From assembly GCA_963626055.1 (NCBI GenBank), contig CAVFVI010000002.1, forward strand, positions 67,225-131,224: DNA of 64,000 nt. The letters run 5' to 3'. Positions 29,294 through 38,984 of this stretch are shown piece after piece (within the stretch, counting starts at the first letter, position 1; each line of letters starts with the position of its first letter). The notes beneath the pieces were generated by a model. That model saw only the letters and a program-made list of their open reading frames with translations. It had not been told where the DNA came from and did no database searches. The stretch is from Acutalibacteraceae bacterium (GTDB lineage Bacteria; Bacillota; Clostridia; Oscillospirales; Ruminococcaceae). Made by a program: the position numbers and the translations under genes.

Positions 29294-29452
29294 TCGGTTC
29301 CCTCCTTAAAACAATGATAATGGGTTCCGGGCGGTAATAACCCGGTGGGCGGAGAACAAATCTCCATGATTCGATAAGAGCCGATACAACGGCAAAGCAC
29401 GCTGTATCGGCTTTTATACAATCTTGCTATAGGGCAAAGCTAGGGCTAAGGA

Positions 29453-30763
29453 TTAGTCCTTCTTTTCCTCTTCCTTGGGCTCGGCGGTTACAACGTTAGC
29501 CTTTTCCTTAACAAAGTCGATTGCCTTGTTGATAGCCAGGTCAGCCTTAACAGCAGCGGCGTCAACAATGCTCTTAACCTTGTCGGCTTCCATCTTGTAA
29601 GCGTCAGCAATGCGCTTGACTTCTTCCTCGAACTCCTCGTCAGAAGCGGAGATGCCTTCCTTGGCAACGATAGCTTCCATGGCCAGGCGCATCTTGACCT
29701 GCTTGTCAGCCTGCTCCTTGAACTGTGCACGGAACTGCTCGATGTTCATGCCCATATACTTCAGGTAGTCAGCCAGCTTCAGGCCCTGCTGAGAAATGCG
29801 GTACTCGAAGTCCTGAACCAGCTCGTCGATGCGGCTGTCAACCATGGCTTCGGGGATATCAGCCTTCATGTTGGCGATAACCTGATCCATCAGGTCGTTC
29901 TCGACCTTCTGCTCAGCCTGCTTGTCCAGGTTGGTCTTGATGTTGTTGCGGATGGAATCCTTCAACTCGTCCAGGGTGTCGTACTCGCTGACGTCCTTGG
30001 CAAAGTCATCATCCAGAGCGGGCAGCTCCTTGTACTTGACTTCATGCAGCTTGATCTTGAAGGTTGCATCCTTGCCAGCCAGCTCGGCAGCGCCGTATTC
30101 CTCGGGGAACTTGACGTTGACGTCGAACTCTTCGCCAGCGGAATGGCCGACAACCTGATCCTCGAAGCCGGGGATGAAGGAGCCGGAGCCCAGAACCAGA
30201 GAGTAATGCTCTGCCTTGCCGCCCTCAAAAGCCTTGCCATCAACAAAGCCCTCGAAGTCGATATCAACGGTGTCGCCGTTCTCAGCAGCGCCCTCACGGG
30301 TCAGCAGACGGCCGTTGCGGTCCTGCATGCGCTTCACTTCGGTTTCAACGTCGTCTTCGTTGACAGTCTTGGCTTCTTTGGTCACAGTTAAACCGGCGTA
30401 CTCGCCCAGTTCAACTTCAGGCTTGACAGCAACCTTGACCTTCAGCACAACGCCGTCAGCCTCGGTCATGGAAACGACTTCGGGATCGGGGCGGCCGACA
30501 ACGTCGATCTTGGCTTCCTTCACAGCAGCCTCGTAAGCCTCCGGGAACAGATCATTGACAGCGTCATAGTGGAAAATGTCAGAACCGTACATCTTCTCGA
30601 TCATGTGACGGGGAGCCTTGCCCTTGCGGAAGCCGGGAATGGCATATTTTTTGCCTTCGCGCTTGAACGCATTGTTCACAGCGGCCTTGAAGGTCTCAGC
30701 GTCGATAGAGAACTGCAATTCTACCATGCTCTTTTCGAGCTTTTCACAGGAAATCAGATTCAT
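29453..30763 (-). CDS. tig: trigger factor
   Basis: GFRKGKAP ribosome-binding motif and an FKBP-type middle domain. Start moved to the ATG at 30763, 8 nt after GGAGG. Confidence 0.9.
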   Translation of the reverse strand: MNLISCEKLEKSMVELQFSIDAETFKAAVNNAFKREGKKYAIPGFRKGKAPRHMIEKMYGSDIFHYDAVNDLFPEAYEAAVKEAKIDVVGRPDPEVVSMTEADGVVLKVKVAVKPEVELGEYAGLTVTKEAKTVNEDDVETEVKRMQDRNGRLLTREGAAENGDTVDIDFEGFVDGKAFEGGKAEHYSLVLGSGSFIPGFEDQVVGHSAGEEFDVNVKFPEEYGAAELAGKDATFKIKLHEVKYKELPALDDDFAKDVSEYDTLDELKDSIRNNIKTNLDKQAEQKVENDLMDQVIANMKADIPEAMVDSRIDELVQDFEYRISQQGLKLADYLKYMGMNIEQFRAQFKEQADKQVKMRLAMEAIVAKEGISASDEEFEEEVKRIADAYKMEADKVKSIVDAAAVKADLAINKAIDFVKEKANVVTAEPKEEEKKD

Positions 30764-30888
30764 TTGAAAATCCTCCAAACATAGAAATACAATGTATTAT
30801 ATCATGTACCGGCAAAGAATACCAGCCCATTTTGAAATAAAATTCCCTTTACAGGCAAAAAATTTGAAAAAAGCGGCGAAAAACTGCT

Positions 30889-31572
30889 TTAATCACAAAT
30901 TTTGTAAGGGCAAAAGCGCAAACCGTCCGCCGAAACCAGCTTGTAGCGGATGCCGTCCACTTCGCGCTGGATGGCGCCGCGGATGGACTTGCCGTGCAGG
31001 TGGCCGTAATAGCATTGCTGCACGCCAAACTCACGCAGGATATCCACCAGTGGCTGTGCGCAACCACCAGGGTAGACCGGCGGGTAATGCAAAAACGCAA
31101 TTTTCTGCGCATCCCCCCCTGCCTGCAGTGACATGCGCAGGCGCCCGGCTTCGCGCGCCATGATCTTGGCATCCTGCGCGTTGGTATCGTCAAACGGCCA
31201 GCCGCGGGTACCGCACAGGGCATAATCCCCCACCATGCAGGCGTTATTGTGCAAGATGTGCATGGTATCAAAGCCGCTTTCGGTCAGGTAGCGCTCCATT
31301 TTGCGGGCGGTCGTCCACCAGTAGTCATGGTTGCCTTTCAGCAGCCATTTCTGGCCCGGCAGGTTTTGGATAAACGCAAAGTCGGTTCTGGTATCCTCCA
31401 ACTTCATGGCCCAGCTGGTATCCCCCGCCAGGATAACGGTATCCTGCGGGGAAATCAATGTGCGCCAGTTTGCTTCCAGCTTGGGCAGGTAGCCTTCCCA
31501 GCCTTCAAAAACATCCATCGGCTTATCCCCGCCGAGAGAAAGGTGAAGATCACCAACCACAAAAATTGCCAT
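30889..31572 (-). CDS. metallophosphoesterase
   Basis: GDLHL...GD...GNHD motifs. Trimmed to the ATG at 31572. Confidence 0.7.
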   Translation of the reverse strand: MAIFVVGDLHLSLGGDKPMDVFEGWEGYLPKLEANWRTLISPQDTVILAGDTSWAMKLEDTRTDFAFIQNLPGQKWLLKGNHDYWWTTARKMERYLTESGFDTMHILHNNACMVGDYALCGTRGWPFDDTNAQDAKIMAREAGRLRMSLQAGGDAQKIAFLHYPPVYPGGCAQPLVDILREFGVQQCYYGHLHGKSIRGAIQREVDGIRYKLVSADGLRFCPYKICD

Positions 31573-31669
31573 ATGCACCCCCGGCAGTATATCCCGGTGC
31601 ATTCTGCCCATACTGATAGAGCCCGCAAAGGCAAACGCTTTTGCGCCTTATCAAGAAAGGAGAAGCACC

Positions 31670-31825
31670 ATGATGGAAGAAAACGTAATCAACGGAATTT
31701 GCTGTGATGTAGAAAACTGTGTGTACAACAACGGTTCCTGCTGCTGCACGGCGCATGAGGTCCATGTGAACCACCGTGCCAACAACGGCACAGAAACGAT
31801 GTGCGAAACTTTCAGCGAGGTATAA
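31670..31825 (+). CDS. DUF1540-like small Cys-rich protein (51 aa, below the ORF-track cutoff)
   Basis: ATG at 31670 lies 7 nt after AAGGAG. Translation: MMEENVINGICCDVENCVYNNGSCCCTAHEVHVNHRANNGTETMCETFSEV. The C..C.Y...C.A..I.V....T.C.TF pattern is the one I associate with DUF1540. Confidence 0.55.
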   Translation: MMEENVINGICCDVENCVYNNGSCCCTAHEVHVNHRANNGTETMCETFSEV

Positions 31826-31893
31826 CCACAGTTTTATCGGCGGCTGCCGTGCCCCTTCAAACAAGGCCCGGCAGCGCCTTACTTAATACTCGC

Positions 31894-33342
31894 TTATTTC
31901 AGCGCTGCATCCCGGATGGCGGCGGGCTCAATAACGATATTGAAGCGCACCGGCAGGGTGTTCAGCACGCTGAGGGAAGCCGGAACCGGGCAGCCGGTTT
32001 TGGCATTGAGGGCGGCCATGGCGGCAAAGTCGCTTTCCGGGGCAGTTTCGCCCAGAGCGGCCAGCACATCGCGCGGGAACTTGTACGGGCTGGCGGTAGA
32101 AAGTACTACCATGGGAGCAGCACTGCGCACCGTTTCGGCCACACAGAATGCAACGGCGGTGTGGGTATCGCAGAGGTAGTTGTCCTGCTCAAAGCGGGCC
32201 TTGATCTCGGCAGCGCCGTCGGTATCATCGGCACAGCCGCAGGCAAAAGATTCCTGAATGCGGGCTAAGGTCTCGGCATCCACGGTGTACATACCGGTCT
32301 TTGCCAGGTCAGCCATCCAGCCTGCCACCTTAGCGCTGCTGCCGCTGACATGGTACAGAAGGCGCTCCAGGTTGCTGGAGATGAGGATGTCCATGGAGGG
32401 CGAAGTCGTCTTGTAGAAGGTGCGGCGGGCATCATAGGTGCCGGTCTTGATGAAGTCGGTCAGGACGTTATTCTTGTTGGAAGCGCAGACCAGCTTGCCC
32501 ACAGGCAGGCCCATCTGCTTGGCATAGTAACCGGCCAGGATATCACCAAAGTTACCGGTCGGTACGCAGAAGTCCACCGGCTGGCCCCAGGCAACGCTGC
32601 CCTGCTCCACCAGACGGAAGTAGGCATAGAAGTAATACACGATCTGCGGCACCAGGCGGCCCCAGTTGATGGAGTTTGCGCTGGACAGGCGGATGTTGCG
32701 CTTCTCCAGCTCCTCGGCAACGGAAGCATCGCCAAACACGCGCTTAACGCCGGTCTGGGCATCGTCAAAGTTGCCGTTGACGGCATAGACGGATACGTTA
32801 TCCCCTGCCTGGGTTGCCATCTGCAGGCGCTGGATCTCGCTGGTACCGGCGTTGGGATAGAATACCTCGATCTCAATGCCCGGCAGGCCTGCATAACCGG
32901 CCAATGCAGCCTTGCCGGTATCGCCGGAGGTTGCCACCAGAATGCGGGTCGTTTCGGTGCGGCCCAGGTTCTTTTTGGCCTGAACCAGCAGTTTGGGCAT
33001 CAGCTGGAGGGCATAATCCTTGAATGCGCAGGTCGGGCCATGCCACAATTCCAGAGAGTAGAGGCCGTCATGAACTTTCTGGACATAACCCGCCTTGCCG
33101 GCAAAGGCATCGCCATAGGTTGCGGCGGCAGCTTCGCCCAGGAAAGCCGGGTCATAATCCGTTAAAAAGCCAGCCAGAACTTTCTGGGCCAGCTCCGGGT
33201 AGCTGAGGGATTTCCAATCTTCCAGCTCTGCCTTGGGGAACGCGGTGGGAACGAACAGGCCGCCGTCCGGTGCCAGACCGCGGAGAATGGCCTCAGACGA
33301 AGAAACGATGGTGTTGGGATCGCGTGTGCTTTGGAACTGCAT
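31894..33342 (-). CDS. thrC: threonine synthase
   Basis: MQFQSTRD...GLAPDGGLFVP N-terminus and PLP lysine context (PTCAFKD). The track ORF's 5' extension overlaps yraN, so I trimmed to the ATG at 33342. Confidence 0.85.
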   Translation of the reverse strand: MQFQSTRDPNTIVSSSEAILRGLAPDGGLFVPTAFPKAELEDWKSLSYPELAQKVLAGFLTDYDPAFLGEAAAATYGDAFAGKAGYVQKVHDGLYSLELWHGPTCAFKDYALQLMPKLLVQAKKNLGRTETTRILVATSGDTGKAALAGYAGLPGIEIEVFYPNAGTSEIQRLQMATQAGDNVSVYAVNGNFDDAQTGVKRVFGDASVAEELEKRNIRLSSANSINWGRLVPQIVYYFYAYFRLVEQGSVAWGQPVDFCVPTGNFGDILAGYYAKQMGLPVGKLVCASNKNNVLTDFIKTGTYDARRTFYKTTSPSMDILISSNLERLLYHVSGSSAKVAGWMADLAKTGMYTVDAETLARIQESFACGCADDTDGAAEIKARFEQDNYLCDTHTAVAFCVAETVRSAAPMVVLSTASPYKFPRDVLAALGETAPESDFAAMAALNAKTGCPVPASLSVLNTLPVRFNIVIEPAAIRDAALK

Positions 33343-33475
33343 AATCAAACCCCCTATATATTTTTCATCTCTATCAAACCTTTCCGCACAGAAAGGCCTG
33401 TTTTTTCTGGCACAGCAAAAATGGGTTGCACATCCTGTTTTGCTGTACCCAAAACAGCTCAAAATAGGCCCTGCG
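33343..33475 (-). promoter_or_regulatory. thrC leader with a chain of mutually exclusive hairpins
   Basis: Hairpins 33435-33457, 33409-33449, 33389-33409 and 33379-33396 each overlap the next. The last is followed by UUUGAU. Confidence 0.3.
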
Positions 33476-33835
33476 TCAATCGCAGGCAAAAGCATCCCGG
33501 ATGCAGTGGACCTGCCAGCCGGAACCGGCGGGCAGAACCTCCACCACATCAAAACGGATGGCGGCATCGGCGTATGGGCTTTGCTGCAGATACTGCCCCG
33601 CCGCGGCAATCAGGCGTTGCTGCTTATAATAATTCACCGCTTCGGCCGGGGCCGCGCGCTGGGCGCTGGTGCGGGTCTTGACTTCGGCAAACACGATGGT
33701 ATCTGCTTTATACAAAATCAAGTCCAACTCCCCCATGCGGGTGCGGTAGTTATGGTTCAGCAGCAGGTAGCCCTGTTGGATGTAATACTTAGCGGCAACG
33801 GCTTCGCCTGTATGGCCCAGGTCAGCGCGGTTCAT
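33476..33835 (-). CDS. yraN: YraN family endonuclease-like protein (UPF0102)
   Basis: GELDLI...EVKTR motif. 119 aa. Overlaps the rnhB stop. Confidence 0.7.
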   Translation of the reverse strand: MNRADLGHTGEAVAAKYYIQQGYLLLNHNYRTRMGELDLILYKADTIVFAEVKTRTSAQRAAPAEAVNYYKQQRLIAAAGQYLQQSPYADAAIRFDVVEVLPAGSGWQVHCIRDAFACD

Positions 33836-34461
33836 GGCCAGTAGCCCTGCTTTTTCAAAAAGCTGCGGCGGTAAAAATCCTGAATGCCATATTGTTCAAT
33901 CAGCTCGTAATGGAGCTTGGTGGGGTAGCCTTTATGTTTGGCCAGCTGGTACTGCGGGTACTGTTTATCCAGTTCCAGCATGTACCGGTCACGGCTGACT
34001 TTTGCCAGAATGGAAGCCGCCGCAATGCTGGCGCTGTTGGCATCCCCCTTGACGACAGCCTCAGCGGGCTGGGCCAGGTTGGGCGGGCAGCGGTTGCCAT
34101 CCACCAAAACATAATCCGGCGTAACGGCCAAACCGGCCACTGCCTGCTCCATGCCGTCCATCGTGGCCCACAGGATGTTGCGCTCGTCAATTTCCTGCGG
34201 GGAGATAAAAACGATCTGGTAGCACAAAGCGCGGGCGATGATCTCGTCAAACAATGCTTCGCGGCGCTTCTCACTGAGCTTTTTGGAATCGTTGACCCCC
34301 TCAATGGGGTCGTCCGGGTTCAGGATGACGGCGGCCACGCAGACCGGCCCGCACAAAGGGCCGCGCCCGGCTTCGTCCACGCCGCAGATGTTGCCGTGTT
34401 CGGCACGCTTGGCTGCGTCAAACGCATACAACGCGGGGTTACTGCTCGTCCTCGTCGGCAT
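33832..34461 (-). CDS. rnhB: ribonuclease HII
   Basis: [14 protein letters not shown] and DSKKLS motifs. Confidence 0.85.
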   Translation of the reverse strand: MPTRTSSNPALYAFDAAKRAEHGNICGVDEAGRGPLCGPVCVAAVILNPDDPIEGVNDSKKLSEKRREALFDEIIARALCYQIVFISPQEIDERNILWATMDGMEQAVAGLAVTPDYVLVDGNRCPPNLAQPAEAVVKGDANSASIAAASILAKVSRDRYMLELDKQYPQYQLAKHKGYPTKLHYELIEQYGIQDFYRRSFLKKQGYWP

Positions 34462-35365
34462 CGTTGTCCTCCCAGTCTGTCACTTCTGCGCGCTGCGGCG
34501 GGCGTTCCAGTGAGATACGGCCCCATTTGCTGGCGCGGAACTCCCCGACCAGCATCTTGGCGGCACGTTCAGTGTCTACCTCGCCGCCGGAGATCAGCAT
34601 GCCGCGCTTGACGCCGATGGCCTGCAAAAGATCATACGGCGGCAGGGCCAAAGCCTGCTCGTCCAATTTGTAGCGCTCCATCAGGCGCTGCGGATAGATG
34701 GCCCGCACGCCGGACAGCAAACCACAGGCAAGCTCTTCAATATCAAGGATATCATCCTTGATGGAGCCGATGAACGCCAGGTTGGTGGCGGTTTCCAGGC
34801 TGTCAAACTTTTTCCAGAGTACGCCGGGCATATCCATCAGGTCGTAATCATCCACGGTGATCCACTGTTTGCCGCGGGTAACGCCGGGTTTGTTGGCCGC
34901 TTTGGCGCGGGCAGCCCCGGCAAAGGAATTGATGAAGGTGGATTTGCCCACGTTGGGGATGCCTACCACCATCACACGGATGCGGGCGCCGACCATGCCT
35001 TTTTTGCGGCGGCGCTCCATCAGGGCGGAAAGTTCTTTTTCAATGGGGCCCTTGACCGCACCGGCCTTGCCACTCTGTTTGGAGTTCATGGGCAGGCAGC
35101 CAGCCCCGGCACTTTTGAAATAAGCCAGCCACTGGGTGGTGATATCCGGGTCCGCCAAATCAGCCTTATTCATAATATACAGGTGCGGCTTGCCGGAGGT
35201 AATGCGTTCAATTTCCGGGTTCAGGCTGGAAAGCGGGATGCGCGCATCCAGAATTTGTAAAACACAATCCACGTTGCGGATCTCGGTTTCCATCAGGCGC
35301 AGGGTTTTGGCCATATGGCCGGGGAACCATTGGATCGCGCGGCGGTTGATGATATCTTCGCTCAT
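34439..35365 (-). CDS. rbgA: ribosome biogenesis GTPase YlqF/RbgA
   Basis: Circularly permuted GTPase: NKADL before GIPNVGKST, then DMPG. Acidic C-terminal tail. Confidence 0.85.
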   Translation of the reverse strand: MSEDIINRRAIQWFPGHMAKTLRLMETEIRNVDCVLQILDARIPLSSLNPEIERITSGKPHLYIMNKADLADPDITTQWLAYFKSAGAGCLPMNSKQSGKAGAVKGPIEKELSALMERRRKKGMVGARIRVMVVGIPNVGKSTFINSFAGAARAKAANKPGVTRGKQWITVDDYDLMDMPGVLWKKFDSLETATNLAFIGSIKDDILDIEELACGLLSGVRAIYPQRLMERYKLDEQALALPPYDLLQAIGVKRGMLISGGEVDTERAAKMLVGEFRASKWGRISLERPPQRAEVTDWEDNDADEDEQ

Positions 35366-35377
35366 CTGCTTCTCCTG

Positions 35378-35905
35378 TCAGTATTTTTGAATGGTTTTGC
35401 CCATCACATCCCGGATATCTACAAAACCGATATCGGAACGGCGGCTGTCCAAAGAATTATTGCGGTTATCCCCCATCACAAAGATGGTGCCTTCCGGCAC
35501 GGTGACGGGAAAAGTCATATCCAGGCGGGTGTAGGTCGGCTCTGCGGTATAGGGTTCGTCCAATGCTTCACCGTTGCGGTACACAATGCCGGTGGTAAAA
35601 TCAATATCGATCGTATCGCCCGCCACGCCGATCACACGCTTGATGAGCGTTTGCTCGTGAGGGGTGTAAGCATCAATGACGACAATATCCCCATGGCTGG
35701 GCTGATACGGCAGGCTGTTGATGATCAGCAGCTGCTGGTCATGCAGGGTGGGGTCCATGGAATGGCCGTCCACACGGATGGCCCGCGCAGCAAAAGTGAA
35801 CACGAGAGAAAGAACAGCAACCGCCAGAATGATGGAATCCAGCCATTCCAGCAGGTTTTTGTTCTTTTTGCAGCGCTCTGTTACAGCGGCACTTGCCATA
35901 GCCAA
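35378..35905 (-). CDS. lepB: signal peptidase I
   Basis: TM anchor, SMDPT (catalytic Ser), GDNRNNSLDSR box. Confidence 0.8.
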   Translation of the reverse strand: MAMASAAVTERCKKNKNLLEWLDSIILAVAVLSLVFTFAARAIRVDGHSMDPTLHDQQLLIINSLPYQPSHGDIVVIDAYTPHEQTLIKRVIGVAGDTIDIDFTTGIVYRNGEALDEPYTAEPTYTRLDMTFPVTVPEGTIFVMGDNRNNSLDSRRSDIGFVDIRDVMGKTIQKY

Positions 35906-35935
35906 TCAAGCCCCCTTGCCCGGCATGAAAAAATG

Positions 35936-35972
35936 ATAAAACAAAAAGGGAAGAACGCCAACCGTCCTCCCC
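35936..35972 (-). terminator. intrinsic terminator after rplS
   Basis: 10-bp stem on the minus RNA (with two G-U pairs) at 35948-35972, followed by UUUUUGUUUUAUC. Confidence 0.7.
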
Positions 35973-35995
35973 TTTTGCTGCATATTGGCCGATAA

Positions 35996-36337
35996 TCAGA
36001 CGCGAGCCTTAACCTTGGCGGCCTTGCCGGTGCGGCTGCGCAGATAGAACAGCTTTGCACGGCGAACCTTACCGCGGCGAACAACCTCAACGTTCTCGAC
36101 GAACGGGCTGTTGACCGGGAACACACGCTCAACACCAACACCATAAGAGGTGCGGCGGACGGTGAAGGTCTCAGCGATGCCGCCATGCTTCTTAGCAATA
36201 ACGGTACCTTCGAAAGCCTGGATACGCTCTTTGTCGCCTTCCTTGATGCGGACGGAGACGCGGACGGTATCGCCGACTTCAAACTTGGGCTGGTTCTCTT
36301 TGATCATGCCCTCGGTCATTTTCTGCATTGCGTTCAT
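35996..36337 (-). CDS. rplS: 50S ribosomal protein L19
   Basis: FEVGDTVRV...[14 protein letters not shown]...TFTVRR motifs. ATG at 36337 lies 9 nt after GGAGG. Confidence 0.9.
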   Translation of the reverse strand: MNAMQKMTEGMIKENQPKFEVGDTVRVSVRIKEGDKERIQAFEGTVIAKKHGGIAETFTVRRTSYGVGVERVFPVNSPFVENVEVVRRGKVRRAKLFYLRSRTGKAAKVKARV

Positions 36338-36452
36338 TGATGAATTCCTCCATTGTTTTGCGACGTTCATACCCGCTTACAGCGGCAGAGGACCGCCTGT
36401 ATAATGATTTGTCATTACCCCGCCGATGGCTCGGCGGCACTAACGCTTAAGT
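36338..36452 (-). promoter_or_regulatory. structured leader upstream of rplS (possibly an L19-type ribosomal protein leader)
   Basis: About 110 nt lie between the promoter and the ATG. Hairpins CCGCCGA/TCGGCGG and CCGC/GCGG are present. L19 autoregulatory leaders are known in Firmicutes, but I cannot verify the match by eye. Confidence 0.3.
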
Positions 36453-36481
36453 ATAATAGCATACCCTGGCAGATTTTGCAA
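36453..36481 (-). promoter_or_regulatory. sigma-A promoter of rplS
   Basis: Minus strand reads TTGCAA, 17 nt, TATTAT. Confidence 0.55.
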
Positions 36482-36496
36482 GGGCTTTTCGGCAAA

Positions 36497-37147
36497 TCAA
36501 CAAAATTCTTCGTTATTTTTTGTGTAAAGCTTCGTGCGCAGAACGCTGCACAGCCAGGGCGGGATGTTGGATTGCTGCTGCAGATAGCCCAGCAGCAGAG
36601 CGGGGTTATAGTTCGGGGCCTCGCCGGAGCCGCAGGGCAGCACCAGGGTGAATTGCAGCTGTTCTCCCGCCGGTTCATACTCCACATGCGGGATGATGGT
36701 TTTCAGGTCCAGCTCTTTCTGGCCGCGCTTGGTCTTTTTCACCACCATGGCGGTTTCGGCTGCGTTATAAGCATCCAGCGCAGCGGCAGCGCTGGCAGGC
36801 AGGGTGACAAGATAAGACGCGTGGTCGATCTCGGCCACCTTGTTCTGTGCCTGCTGGGCGCTGAGCACCTTGATGCCGCGCGGCATGTAGGGCTGCAAAA
36901 CATCACACCAGGTATCCAGTTGCGGATCCTCGGTTTCGGTTTTGACCTCGCAGCATTCACACAGGCTCTCCTGCCCCAAAGACAGCGGGCAGGCAAAAGA
37001 AAGGTAGATGTGCGGGTTAAAGCCCTGGGTGTAATACACCGGCAGGCCGCTGCGCTTCAGGATACGGTGGAACACGCGCTGCAGGTCCAGCAGCGAGATA
37101 TAGGCAGCTTCGCCCGTTTTTTCAAAGCGGATTCTTACTGTAATCAA
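36497..37147 (-). CDS. TIGR03936-type radical SAM-linked protein (DUF2344)
   Basis: IRFEKTGEAAYISLLDLQRVFHRILKRSGLPVYYTQGFNPH motif. TTG at 37147 follows GGAGG and overlaps the upstream radical SAM gene by 26 nt. Confidence 0.65.
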   Translation of the reverse strand: MITVRIRFEKTGEAAYISLLDLQRVFHRILKRSGLPVYYTQGFNPHIYLSFACPLSLGQESLCECCEVKTETEDPQLDTWCDVLQPYMPRGIKVLSAQQAQNKVAEIDHASYLVTLPASAAAALDAYNAAETAMVVKKTKRGQKELDLKTIIPHVEYEPAGEQLQFTLVLPCGSGEAPNYNPALLLGYLQQQSNIPPWLCSVLRTKLYTKNNEEFC

Positions 37148-38984
37148 AGCAGGGTCCTCCCAGCAGTTTATTGGCACCGCAGGCCGAGCACTGGCGGTTG
37201 CAGGGCTGTGTGGTCTGCGCCTGCAGGGCCTTTTGGTATTCCCGCACAAGGTGGGCATGGGTCACGCCTACATCCAGGTGCGACCACGGGGTCACTTCGT
37301 CCAGGCCGAGGGCGCGGTAGTTATAAAAATCGGGGTCCAGGCCGCAGGCGGCAAACGCTTCCTGCCAGCGGTCATAGCTGAAGAACTCCTCCCAGGTATC
37401 AAAGAAAGCGCCATTATGGTAGGCGGTTTCAATCACGCGGCCCATGCGGCGGTCGCCCTTGGCAAACACACCTTCCAGCACGCTGGTGGCGCTGTCGTGA
37501 TAGTTGACCTTGATCTTGCGGGAGTGGACGCAGCTGAGCAGGTACTTCTGCTTTTCGCGCAGGGTCTCGCGGCGGTCCTGGGCGCAGAACTGGAACGGGG
37601 TATCCGGCTTGGGCACAAAGCAGGCCACACTGATGGTAACCTGCACGCCCTTGCCCTTGGGGTGGTCCATGCTGTAATACAGGTCAACCACCTGCTGGGC
37701 GGTATCGGCAATGCCTTTGATATCGTCCATCGTTTCGGTGGGCAGGCCCATCATAAAGTACAGTTTGACGGAGGTATAGCCTTCGGCAAAGGCGATGCGG
37801 CAGCCGCGCTCGATCTGGTCCCAGGTAACGTTTTTGTTGATGACGTCACGCAAGCGCTGGGTGCCGGCTTCCGCCGCAAAGGTCAGGCCGCTTTTGCGCA
37901 CTTTGGTGGTCTTTTCCACCAGAGACTGCGAGAAGTTGTCCACACGCAGGGACGGCAGAGACAGGCTGACATGGTCAGTCTCCGCCCAGGAATTCAGCTC
38001 GTCCAGGATATCCTCCAGGCGGGAATGGTCGGAGGTGGACAGGCTGGAAAGGCTCAGTTCGTCGTACCCGGTGTTGCGGCACAGCACACGGGCGCTTTCG
38101 CTGATGAGTTTGGGCGAGCGCTCACGGAACGGGCGGTACAGCTGGCCTGCCTGGCAGAACCGGCAGCCGCGCACACAGCCGCGCAGAACTTCCACACAGG
38201 CACGGTCCTGCACAGCGCCCACCATGGGCACAACAAAGTTTTCCGGCGGAACAAAGCTGTCCATATCCTTCACGATAGCCTTGGTCACGCGCTCCGGCAC
38301 ACCGGGGCGGTTGGGCTTGATGCTTTCCACCCGGCCATCCGGCAGGTAGGTCACATCATAGAAGGACGGCACATACACGCCGGGAATTTTGGAAAGTTCA
38401 AACAGCAGCTGGTCTTTGTTCCAACCGGCCTTTTTGCCTGCTTCTACGGTGGCGCAGATATCCTGCAGCATCTGTTCGCCCTCGCCCAGCTGCATGATAT
38501 CAAAGAAATCCGCCATCGGCTCAGCGTTGCAGACGCAGGGGCCGCCGGAAATGATCAGCGGCCAGCGCTCGTCACGGTCCGCGGCGCGCAGCGGAATACC
38601 CGCCAGGTCCAGCATGGCAAGGATATTGGTATAGCAAAGCTCATATTCCAAGGAGAAACCGACGATATCGAAATCCGTCAGCGGGTCCTTGCTTTCCAGG
38701 CAGTAGAGGGGAATCTGCAGGCGCTCCATCTGCTCTTTCATGTCCACCCAGGGCATAAAGGCGCGCTCGCACCACCAGTTTTCGTGGCGGTTGAGCAGTT
38801 CATACAGGATCTTTTCGCCCAGAAAGGACATACCGATCTCATAGGTATCGGGGAAGCAGAACGCCATGCGCACATCGACGTTCGCTTTATCTTTATAGGT
38901 GCAGCCCGGTTCGCCGCCGGTATAGCGGCCCGGCTTTTGAACCAGACTGAGCGCTTCTTTCAGTTTAGGGGAAAATTCGGCCAT
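37122..38984 (-). CDS. TIGR03960-type B12-binding-domain radical SAM protein
   Basis: CX3CX2C in VLRGCVRGCRFCQAG. N-terminal Rossmann-like (B12-binding-like) region. 620 aa. Confidence 0.75.
   Translation of the reverse strand: MAEFSPKLKEALSLVQKPGRYTGGEPGCTYKDKANVDVRMAFCFPDTYEIGMSFLGEKILYELLNRHENWWCERAFMPWVDMKEQMERLQIPLYCLESKDPLTDFDIVGFSLEYELCYTNILAMLDLAGIPLRAADRDERWPLIISGGPCVCNAEPMADFFDIMQLGEGEQMLQDICATVEAGKKAGWNKDQLLFELSKIPGVYVPSFYDVTYLPDGRVESIKPNRPGVPERVTKAIVKDMDSFVPPENFVVPMVGAVQDRACVEVLRGCVRGCRFCQAGQLYRPFRERSPKLISESARVLCRNTGYDELSLSSLSTSDHSRLEDILDELNSWAETDHVSLSLPSLRVDNFSQSLVEKTTKVRKSGLTFAAEAGTQRLRDVINKNVTWDQIERGCRIAFAEGYTSVKLYFMMGLPTETMDDIKGIADTAQQVVDLYYSMDHPKGKGVQVTISVACFVPKPDTPFQFCAQDRRETLREKQKYLLSCVHSRKIKVNYHDSATSVLEGVFAKGDRRMGRVIETAYHNGAFFDTWEEFFSYDRWQEAFAACGLDPDFYNYRALGLDEVTPWSHLDVGVTHAHLVREYQKALQAQTTQPCNRQCSACGANKLLGGPCFDYSKNPL

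Noticed and set aside
27326-29317. 663-aa plus-strand ORF spanning clpX and clpP in antisense.
   Set aside because: clpX and clpP are unmistakable on the minus strand. One ORF crossing two genes and their intergenic spacer in antisense is a compositional artefact. The same reasoning applies to 122..1234(+), 4767..6110(+), 12134..13414(-), 14892..16223(+), 37233..39146(+), 52606..54285(+), 54563..56137(+) and 62422..63849(+).
29380-29419. 9-bp hairpin (GCCGATACA/TGTATCGGC) between tig and clpP with a T-tract on the plus strand.
   Set aside because: The orientation is wrong for terminating tig or clpP on the minus strand, where it is followed only by CUCUUAUCG, and there is no plus-strand gene upstream. 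It is probably a weak or partial terminator or a processing hairpin. I did not call it as a feature.
31894-33609. Long N-terminal extensions offered by the ORF track: thrC 571 aa, also 45508..46773, 47424..48971, 17003..17632, 36497..37258, 2036..2653 and 59361..59675.
   Set aside because: The extensions overlap the upstream gene in another frame, lack an SD, and begin before the point where family homology starts. An internal ATG, GTG or TTG with a good SD (often an ATGA overlap) gives the expected protein length. I trimmed the coordinates accordingly.
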